In this document: positions 53,699 to 64,000 of the stretch, piece by piece | Layout of the letters: the number at the start of each line of letters is the position of its first letter | Numbering within the stretch: the first letter of the stretch is position 1 | Assembly (NCBI GenBank): GCA_951406725.2 | Contig: OX597816.1 | Location: 134,664,001 to 134,728,000, forward strand | Reading direction: 5' to 3' | From: Octopus vulgaris | Taxonomy: Eukaryota | DNA length: 64,000 nt | Notes under the pieces: generated by a model | The model's input: the letters and a program-made list of their open reading frames with translations, nothing else | What the model was told of the DNA's origin: nothing | Database searches by the model: none | Made by a program: the position numbers and the translations under genes

Positions 53699-54810
53699 AA
53701 GACGACTCCAGATCATCAACGTCACTCGGGCTCATCACAGATTTTTCATAAGACACAAGCATAAAAGAAGGTAAGAAACGTAATGCACACCGCAGATTTA
53801 CATATGCATGCATGGATAATTTAACTGTAAGCAAGTTTGCTGCGTCTAACAAATGAATGCCTCACGTTTTTCCGCAATATTTCTAGCCCCAAATGGGTTT
53901 TTTTTAGATATATATCTAGCACTATGTCTTTCTCTATTTCTAAGTTGAGGGTAAAAATAAAGCAACAGTGCAAGACACAACTGATCTTTTACACATAGAC
54001 GCACAGAGTAAGAGCAATCAAATAATGAAAGCAGAGTGCACATGAAACATCAGCGATCTGACTGTCGCCTTTACTCTTGACAAGTGATGCCAGTTAATTC
54101 TTTTCACCTACCAGGCTCGTTCGTAATTAGCCCGAGTTGCTAGATACTTTTTCGTTCCTTTAAGAATATTGTAGAACGGAAACTTATCATAGATTGGAAT
54201 TTAAATACTAATCTCTATTATGTGAAGAGATAATTTGTAAGAGATCTTTAGTGTTGGAAAAACGAATCCTAACCGTATATGAGTTGATAATAGAGTAATA
54301 CCTAGAATTCTTTGGAAAATTCCTAATAATAGCTTCACGAAACTGCAATGGGAGATTAGATTTAATTTGCCTCCCGTATATCTTATAACGTTTTTTTGAA
54401 ACAATATTAATAGCGTTCACTATATACATCCATCATTTTCCGTTAAAATGTCTTATTGACGAGTTTCATTTCTTCACTTCCCTTAAGAGAAGATTACATT
54501 GTTTTACACCACTTTATTCTTTTGGAATAATATCAGTGATATCTTCAAAACATGTGTCGGAAGTAAAAGAATTTGAATAACACCTGCGTTTAACTCCATT
54601 TATTTATTTATATATATTATACAAAAAATTTCACGTAAAGCCGAAGATTCAACCTTTAAAAACAAGGAGTTACAACCTTTCTACTTATGTGATTTTTTAC
54701 TACCCTGGTAACTATTTATCAATTTTTTCCGTGTCAATTGTTAACAAGGGAAAAATACACACACACAAACACACACACATACACACATATATATGTATAT
54801 TTATATATAT

Positions 54811-55211
54811 GTATGTTTGTCACATATTTCAACTGCTAAAGACAAATACACTGCATTTACCGCAGAGAAAAAATCTCACAGTTCGTTCAGTGTCGCCATC
54901 TCTCGAGAATCTCAGACATCGATGTTTCGAGTTTATTGACTCTTGTCGATGAGATGTATCTAAGAGAAGCAACCCTGAACGAACTAAATAAAGCTTTTAT
55001 CTTTATAATTCAGCCAACACTTTATTTATTTAGTTCGTTCAGGCTTGACAAGAGTCAAGAAACTCGAAACATCGATGTCTGAGATTCCCGAGAGATGGCG
55101 ACACTGAACGAACTGGGTGTTTTTACACCTTTTTACCATAAGTGAGATTTTTCTCTCCATGGTATCTGCAGTGTATTTACCTTTAGCAGCTGAAATATGT
55201 GACAAACATAT
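54811..55211. repeat. Foldback of a Penelope-like terminus carrying a variant hammerhead
   Basis: 54811-54992 matches the reverse complement of 55025-55211 with indels. Confidence 0.85.
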
Positions 55212-57064
55212 TTCATCTAACCTAAATTGTGATTATACGTAAACACTGATTTGCACCATTACTTCGTTATATACATACATTCTTTTTTCCTTCTTTTCTT
55301 TTATTCTTTTACTTGTTTCAGTCATCTTGACTGCTGCCATGCTGGAGCACGGCATTTAGTCGAACAAATCGACCCCAGGACTTATTCTTTGTAAGCCTTG
55401 TACTTAAATAATAATATCTACTGCTAGTAGATAATATTATTTAATTTACTAATGTTACGAGCTGGCAGAATCGTTAGCACGCCGGGTAAAAGGCTTAGCG
55501 GCATTTCGTCTGTCTTCACGTTCTGCGTTCAAATTCCGCCGAGGTCGACTTCGCCTTTCATCCTTTCGAGGTCGATAAATTAAGTACCAGTTGCGTACTG
55601 GGGTCGGTCAAATCGACTGGCTACCTCCCACCAAATTTCAGGCCTTGTGCCTATAGTAGAAAGGTGTTTTAATTTACTACTGTAGAGTTGTCTATATCAT
55701 ACATACTGTAGAGCATGGGCAACCTTTTTCGAGAAACATGCCACATGAAACATGACTCGGCATCAAGTGGGCTGCACTACAAAAATTCAAAGCTTTCGTG
55801 AGGCGTAACATTCAGTAATTCCCGCGAGCTACAATTGATCCATGACTGCTGTAAATGAATCTGCATTCCACATAAATATATTTAAAACGGAAAAAAAGTT
55901 GGAATTCAAACTCTGCATCTACGGTACACCATATAGTTGTACCAGCCTCTTGACTGAAGAGACATCACAAAAATCACCGTTGAAATTCAGTGACTTAACC
56001 TAAAACATGAGATTATAGACTAGAGACCTATCATGGAAATTTCTGTCCACACAGCGTCAATGCATGGTATTACTACGAATAACTTATTACATTCAAATCT
56101 GGGCAGCTGTTAATGTCACACAATGATAAGTTAGGGTTACATATGATTCAGATAAAATCTTCTCTCAGTATGACTGAAAAATTGTGACAATAATCGCAAA
56201 ACAGATTTGTAAGAAGATTCCCAATTGTTTTATTTTTGTTTGCTAAAAAGAATAATATGAAGTTTTCACGTCGTCTTAATCTCTAAAAGATATTAATAGC
56301 TGTAGAATTATCTACATTATTTTTGCTTCAGGTATTCTTAATTATGGTATACATATGCATGCATGTAGACAGGCAGGTAGGCATGTAGAAAAACAGGCAG
56401 GCTGGCATGTAGGTAGGCAGGCAGGTAGGTAGGTTGATAAGTTGGTAGGGTGGGTAGGTAAGTAGCACGTGCAGTAGGGTGTGATTGTCCAAAGTCAATC
56501 TTCTAAGTTATATGGGATCTCACGCCATCTTTATTAATTGAAGAGATGGATAGCCTCTGCTGTAAAGAAGTGGTAATAACCATATACGCACGCGCACCCC
56601 CCCCCATATTTTTGTGTGCAAATCTATGTATATATGCATATATGTGCGACTGTGTTTGAGCGTATGTGTAGGTATATGCACGTGTTTACGTAAATTATAC
56701 ACACACACACACACGTATATGTATATTCATATACTTGCATATACATATATACACATACGTATATATATACACGCATATAACACACACACATATTAGCACT
56801 AACCAGTCCAGTCCATAATTTTATATCGTTAAGATTTGAACAAAGTATTTAAAGTACTGAGACTAAACACTGACCAGCACTCTACTCTCTCTCTCTCTCG
56901 TTCGGTCACCCTTTAAAAAAATAATTTATAACACGACCAGAGGATTTCAACCATATACACAAGACCGCACATTTCGAGGAGAAAGGAGCAGTCGATTAAA
57001 GTGTGCAAAGTACTTGACTGATACTGAACCAATGAAGGAAATCAACCGCCTAGCGTGACTGTCT

Positions 57065-57205
57065 GATTAGGAGTTGGTAAGAAGTTTGCTTCCCAACCAC
57101 AACAACATGGTACTAGGTTCAGTCCCTATACGTGGCATTTTGGGCAAGTGCCGGCCAAAGCCTTGTGAATTGATTTGATTGACGGAAACTGAAAGAAGCC
57201 CTTCG

Positions 57206-57239
<34 letters not shown>

Positions 57240-57489
57240 GAGGATCGCGGTTTCGATTCCCAGACCGGGCGTTGTGTGTGTTTATTGAGCGAAAACACCT
57301 AAAAGCTCCATGAGGCTCCGGCAGGGGGTGGTGATCCCTGCTGTACTCTTTCACCACACTTTCTCCCACTCTTTCTTCTGTTATCTGCTCGCTTAGCCAG
57401 CGGGGTGGCGTCGTTCGAAGGCTAAAACAATGCGAACGCATTGTGACCAGCGATGTGTAACAACATCTGATGGTCTGGTCGGTCACGTG

Positions 57490-57520
<31 letters not shown>

Positions 57521-57622
57521 TGACTGAAGAATGAAGGCTTTGAATGACCCGTTTGTCTTTTTGTTCGTCCCTTCGTGTATTTCACGTTATTTATTTATGT
57601 AAAGGTTTATTATATATATATA

Positions 57623-57707
<85 letters not shown>

Positions 57708-57935
57708 GTGTGTATGTATGTATGTATGTATGTACGTGTGTGTGCATTTGAGTTTGTACGGTGTTTGTTTGCACCACCGCTTGACAACCGATTTTGGTTG
57801 TTTACGACCCTCGTAACTTTGTGGTGTAGCGAAAGAAACCGAGAGAATAACTTTGGAGGTTGATTTGTCCGATTAAAATACTTCCTGGCGATGTCACAGC
57901 ATGGCTGCAGTCCGATGACTGAAAAGAGTAAAAAA
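57065..57935 (-). mobile_element. SINE family A split at its TA tract by another SINE-like insert (57238-57492, +)
   Basis: Head at 57065-57205 and tail at 57740-57935; insert has B-box-like GGTTTCGATTCCC and is flanked by (TA)n. Confidence 0.7.
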
Positions 57936-58559
57936 TAAAAGATAAAAACAACAACAATAAAACGAAACAAAAGCAAAAACAAAAAATAGTTAATTTAAAC
58001 GGAGTCAGGACAGATTTCTTCAAGGAATACCAGATAAGCCACCCATAACTGGATACAACTCACTCAACAAAAACACACTACTTGAATGGACCATAAGCAA
58101 AACTTGACTTAAAAAGGATTTAGATAATCCTATCAGGTGATGCTATTAAGTTAGACAGACATGGCCTGGACCAATCTTTGGTCGAAACATATCTAAGTTT
58201 TATCTAATTTTTACAATTGTCACCTCACACAAGTATTGCCATTTCATATATATTTCTATCATGTTTATATTCCTTTATTGCATTAGATATATAATTTCAC
58301 AAAGAAGATTTTTAAAACAAAGATGGAAGCGGCAAGAGATTGGAACGATAATAAAGAAAGAAAAAAAAAAAGAAAAAACTTTACGAACTACATCTTCTGA
58401 GAGCATTTCATGGTCAAACGCAATAAATACAAACAGAAACAAAAGACAACATTAATCAGGATAACCAACGTAACCAAACGATCGAACATAAACAAACGAG
58501 CTCTCTTTTATTTGTAGAACAGCTATCAATCTTCTGATATTTCTAGAGACGTAAATTTA

Positions 58560-58603
58560 TACGTACGTACATACATACATACATACATACATACATACAT
58601 ACA

Positions 58604-58637
<34 letters not shown>

Positions 58638-58855
58638 CATACATACATGCATGCATGTATACATACATATATACATATATTCCTATTAATGTATGGATGC
58701 GTATATGTTATTTACTTCATAATTTCTGTAACATTGAAATAAATTTTACTGCAACGAAAAAATAATGTCTGTATACATGATAGTTTGTGAATATACGCGC
58801 GCGCGTGTGTACACGCTCACACACTTTTATGCATTATACACATGAATGCATTCTG

Positions 58856-58918
<63 letters not shown>

Positions 58919-59041
58919 TATATATATCTTGTATATGTATATATATCTATATGTATTGTACAAGTTTGCATACATCCATCTCATGTAGAGATGGTCGTAA
59001 ATACAGATTAAGAAATAACGATAAAAAAGCGTGTTTACACA

Positions 59042-59098
<57 letters not shown>

Positions 59099-59310
59099 AC
59101 ACACACACACACACGCACACACGCACGAACGACGCACGCACGCACGAACGCACGCACGAACGCACGCACGAACGCACGCAGACACACACATACACACACA
59201 TTCATACACACAAATATTTATATATAGTGTGTGCGTACGTATGTATGTGTATGTATGTATGTGTTTATGTATGTGTTTATGTATGTGTGTGTGTGTGTGT
59301 GTGTGTGTTT
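58560..59310. repeat. Microsatellite cluster: (TACA)n, (CA)n, (CGCA)n, (TG)n
   Basis: Read directly from sequence. Confidence 0.9.
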
Positions 59311-59517
59311 TACAATTGTGCTAAAACAAAAAAATAACATTATTGGGACATCGGTACATTGCACCAAATGTACTTGATTTATTTTACTATGTCCCTATAG
59401 GTTCCATCGATGTATTTATGTATGTTTCCATTCTTATTTTGATTCTTTGAATTATTTCTATAAAAAGAAGGACTAGTTTTTAACAAAGAACAAAATCTCC
59501 ATTATTGGAATTTAGAT

Positions 59518-62395
59518 CAGTGGTTCTCAACCTTTTTCAGCCCAGGGACCATTTTTTACTGGAAAAAATTTCTAGGGACCACGTCTACTTTTACTTTATG
59601 CTGTTCTATTTTCACACTAAGATACTTAATGAAAAAAGCAAAATAGTCTATTTACACTTTAAAATTTATTTTAGCAATCTGTTGTGTGGACGCCCCCAGA
59701 CGATGAAGTAGACTAGCCCAATACGTAGATATAGAGGGAGAAGTCTAGACGTCAGGGTGGCAGTGTAGTAGAGTGAGTAGAGGTCATCCGAACGTGCGAC
59801 ATAACACAAACCAAAGATAAAATTTAAAATTTATTTTAGTAAACAAAGATAAACACAAGATATCAAAATCATTTTTCATAAAGTCATTCATTTTTTAATC
59901 CATTCAGCTGGTGACTAGCTTGATATTGGTGTTTCTGACAAAAGATATCATAATCAATTTTAATGAACTCATTTAGTCTTAGTCTGATAGTTACACTTCT
60001 GTTGGCATCTGATTTATTTCTTTTTCTACTTAAAATATCTCCAACAGCTGAAAATGCAGATTCTACCAACCATGTGGTAGGGGGAAAATGATGCTTGCTT
60101 CTACATGTCGAAAAATATTTGTATATGACTCCTTTATCGATATGTAGGCAAAGACACCTTCTTTTGCAACTCTTCCTCTCAGTTTCATATTCTCTTTCAA
60201 ATCCAATAACATTTCAGCCAACTCAAAATTTTCACCTCCTAGCTCAATTTTCTAGGTCTATAAACCGGAGTGGATAATCCATCTTTAATAAATCATTGTA
60301 TCTTCTCTCAAAGTCTACATGAAGACCTTCAAGACGGGTAATACATGCAGCAATGCATTCTGATGCAGGAACAGCGGTGTTAAAATTTTGAAATGATGCC
60401 AAATTTTCTTTTCAAACTGTTTTTTCTAAAATTTTAATTTCCCCATATACCTTTTATCTTCTGAGAACAGGTGACCAAATCTGATTTTCTACCTTGCGGC
60501 TCTAAGTTAAGCAGATTCACTGTTTTAAAAATATCACTCAAGTAGAATATTTTTGATTTAAACTCAGAAAGTCTTTCCAAAATTTTCTTAGCTGTATCAG
60601 CTTGTTTCTTGGTGTTGCAATGATTCATCTGACTCTTGAACATGAGAAAGTTGATTAATGATTCCCACAAATTCACTAGTCTTTCAAGGCTCAGGCCTTT
60701 TGACAACCATCTTCTGTGTGAAGCAATAGGGTTTTAAAATCTATTCACAGAATTGCATAAAAAAAATCTATTATTCACTGAGTTTGATTTGACAAAGTTA
60801 CAGTCAACTCTCGCTACTATGCCACTCTCGCTACTATGCCAGTTTTGCGCGGTCCCGGCCAAATAATAAACAAAAATTTTTTACTATGCCACTCTCAACT
60901 CTCGCTACTATGCCACTTGTAAATTGAAGCGCACGCAACTTTTCGAAATTTTGTACATTTCGTATTTGTAATCTTGTGGAAAAGTTCAGAAAGTAGCACA
61001 CAATGTCAGCTCAGAAACGCGAGCGGACTGAGTTTACGCTGAAGGAAAAGGAGATTATCGATGCTGCAAAAAACGTTATTGTCGGGCCCCTCGTATCATT
61101 AGTAATATCTGATACAAGTTACCGCCCCTTGTATTGTCCGACATGTTTCACTCTAGAAGAAATAGCAAAGGAGGTAATGCATAACGAAGAGCCGGTGGAA
61201 AGTGAAGACGACGAGGTAATTGTGGAAGAGGAATACGTTTCGTTTGCAGATGCCCAGAGAGCATGGAGCACTATCCGAAAGTTTATGCAGCAGCAGAGCA
61301 ACGAAAAACCCAGCGTCATGCAGGCGTGTGATAGGCTAGACAATGAAATGAATGAAATCCGCCGAAAGAAGATGCGTCAGCCGACAATTTTTGAGAGCTT
61401 CGGGATTAACTAAAAGCAATATAAACTTAATAAACTTGGATGTCTTCTTTTTACCATTGCATTGAACTTCTTATTGGCCTTACTTCCTACCCTATGAATT
61501 TTCATTCGTATGTTCAGTAAATTTTTGGTTATGTAGTGTTTAGATAACAGACCCTCGGTACTATGCCACTCTCGGTACTATGCCACTTTGGCTCAGTCTC
61601 ACAGGGTGGCATAGTAGCGAGAGTTGACAGTAATTGCATGTATGGCAGTGTTGAGTGCTTCCATGTGTCCTCCAATATTCTTAGCAACCAAATGCTGTCT
61701 GTGGATAATGCAATGTATATAAAAAATGTGAGGAGTAACTGATTTCATTTTAGAAACAGAAGCCTTTCACTTTTCCAGTTATGGCTGCAGCTCCATCTGA
61801 TGCAATGTTGATCAAATTCGTCAATGTTATTTTTTTATCATTAAAATGCTGCATTACTTCATTGAATATATCTTCTCCATTAGTAGTTTCAGACAAACTT
61901 TTAATGATTAACATTTCTTCCCTTATATCATCTTCATGGATGAATCTGACATAGACCAGAAGGATAGCTTGGCTATGAATTGTGCTATCATCAATGTGGA
62001 TAGAAAAATTTGTCTTTTGGAGAATTTTCCACAATCTTCTCAACAAAATTAGACATTTCATCCTGTCTTCTTGTAATTGTGTTATTTGAAAGTGGAATTG
62101 TACTCAGAGTAGATGCAGCATCTCTTCTCAGAGCCTCATTTGCACAAGCTAGCTTTGCATCTCTTCCCAGAACCTCATTTGCACAGGCTTGACAAGTTTC
62201 TCACCATAAATCTGAGGTGCTTCAACCTTGGCAATAATTTCAGAGACCAAATAACTTGGTTTGAGTGTCTTTGCTTTTTCAGTTTTTATCTTCTTTACAA
62301 ACTCGGGTAGTTTGATTGGCTGTATCTTTTTTTATTCTCAAAATATTCCCAACCTTTCAAGACATTTATGAGCCCCTGTCTGGTGCTGCATCAGG
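59518..62395 (-). mobile_element. hAT (Buster/Charlie-like) transposon with pseudogenised transposase
   Basis: TIR CAGTGGTTCTCAACCTTTTT; peptides FSIHIDDST, LLVYVRFI, IASDGAAAITGK, IHCIIHRQHL, SKGLSLERL, FYLSDIF and VESAFS in shifted frames. Confidence 0.88.
60801..61630 (+). mobile_element. pogo/Tigger-like deletion derivative nested in the hAT element; 136-aa ORF at 61003-61413
   Basis: TA TSD; 25-bp TIR CAGTCAACTCTCGCTACTATGCCAC (1 mismatch); subterminal repeats; ORF starts with a psq-HTH-like RTEFTLKEK and has an acidic C-terminus ending RQPTIFESF. Confidence 0.88.
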
Positions 62396-62397
62396 GC

Positions 62398-62451
<54 letters not shown>

Positions 62452-62457
62452 TATTAT

Positions 62458-63100
62458 TCCGTAGTTTTATTTTTATAGCGTGCTTTCACTTCACTACCGA
62501 GCGCAGCTCTGTGTGCCTTCGGTATGTGCTGTGATTTGTTGTGATGCTCTGATGGTTATTGTATGGAAAGTGCTCTGCGTAGGATGTGTGCAGTGCCTAG
62601 CAGTGCATTTTTCTGTATGATATATGTGTTTGTAAGTCCTGGTGTTTTTGTTATGTATTTGTCTGAATATTTTTTTATCATGCCTAATGCACCTACTATG
62701 ATAGGAATTGTTTCTGTTTTCAGATTCCACATTCCTCTATTTCCAGGTCTTTGTATTTTGAGAGTTTCTCCATTTCTTTTAGAGACACGTTGTCATCTGC
62801 CGGTATTGATACATCAATTAGAAAGCATTTTTTTTCTTCATGATCTCTGACAACTATATCTGGTCTGTTGGCCTTAATTTCTCTATCTGTGTGTATCGGC
62901 ATATCCCAGAGTATTGTTGCTTTCTCGTTTTCTGTAACCTTTTCTGGTGTGTGCCTATACCATCTTTTTTCTGTTGTTATTCCATAATGTTGGCATAGCT
63001 TCCAGTGTATGTAGGTTCCAACTCTGTCATGTCTGTGAATATATTCCTTCTTAGCCAGGACTGGGCAGCTAGAGATAATATGATTTATTGTTTCTTGTCC
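62458..63100 (-). mobile_element. 5'-truncated R4/Dong-like non-LTR retrotransposon (restriction-like endonuclease domain)
   Basis: ETINHIISSC, YIHRHD and NRPDIVV..LIDVSIP peptides; flanked by (TCA)n and (TTA)n. Confidence 0.85.
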
Positions 63101-63104
63101 ATCA

Positions 63105-63166
<62 letters not shown>

Positions 63167-63624
63167 GAGTGAGAGAGCAGTGCATGCCATTAACGTGACA
63201 CTGGGGTAAAATATACGAAGCCTAATATACCCATCATGACTACCCGTCTGATAAGGGTACACCAGGCATATGCATCACAACCATATGTGCACGACAAAGT
63301 GATCTTATATCAAGATAAACAGCGCGTGACCTTGCAGGTGGGGCCCAATAAAAATTTTCTCCTGGTCGAGTAGCCCATCCCACTTAAAAGTTCCCTGAAT
63401 AAGGATTGTTTAAGGATGTTGAACGAACCACCCATGTTTCCAAAGGTGAATTATCCAAACCTCTAAGAATTCCTTTCAACATACGGCTATGATGCTCTCC
63501 CACTACTTCTGCTTGTGATCAGAGATGCACATATTGTCAGCCACTAAGGAATATACTCAACTGGTTAAGGTCAAACAACTGACAAGCAAATCTGTGGTAT
63601 TGAGCAGAATATTATTATTATTCA

Positions 63625-63780
63625 AGAGTGGCTGTGTGCTAAGTAGCTTGTTTACCAACCACATGGTTCCGGGTTCAGTCGCACTGCATGGTACTTTGGG
63701 CAAGTGTCTTCTACTATAACCTCGGGCCGACCAAAGCTTTGTGAGTGGATTTAGTAGAGGGAAACTGAAAGAAACCCGTC

Positions 63781-63834
<54 letters not shown>

Positions 63835-64000
63835 ATGTTTGTGTGTCTGTGTTTGTCCCCACCAACATCGCTTGACAATTGATGCTGGTGTCTTTACGTC
63901 CCTGTATCTTAGCGGTTCGGCAAAAAGAAACCGATAGAATAAGTACTAAGCTTACAAAAAATAAGTCCTAGGGTCGATTTGCTCGACTAAAGGCGGTGCC
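63625..64000 (+). mobile_element. SINE family A
   Basis: Colinear with 171-525. Confidence 0.85.

Noticed and set aside
62720-63262. 180-aa ORF with polyN as a host gene
   Set aside because: Chance fusion of a repeat, (TAA)n and a retrotransposon endonuclease fragment.

Overview
AT-rich, repeat-dense eukaryotic DNA. The SINE families and microsatellite load suggest an octopus or related cephalopod, but this is inference. The left half (about 5.2-32.9 kb, + strand) holds one complete selenoprotein gene with 18 coding exons: thioredoxin-glutathione reductase (TGR, TXNRD1/3-like; 594 aa). It has a CPFC glutaredoxin domain, a CVNVGC redox centre, a C-terminal Gly-Cys-Sec-Gly and a type II SECIS in the 3' UTR. 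The most notable unexplained structure is a ~120-nt stem-loop that begins at the first base after the Sec UGA and base-pairs over the true UAA stop, separate from the SECIS. It is a candidate Sec-redefinition or RNA-editing element. The introns contain Helitrons, RTE fragments, SINEs, a near-perfect foldback and a minimal hammerhead-ribozyme motif. The right half has no host gene I can support and is richer in CpG. It contains degraded LINEs, a young non-autonomous LTR element (LTRs, Trp PBS, PPT, TSD), hAT, Tc1 and pogo relics, a Dong/R4-like fragment, foldbacks (one with a variant hammerhead) and long microsatellites. Almost all entries in the ORF track are spurious.
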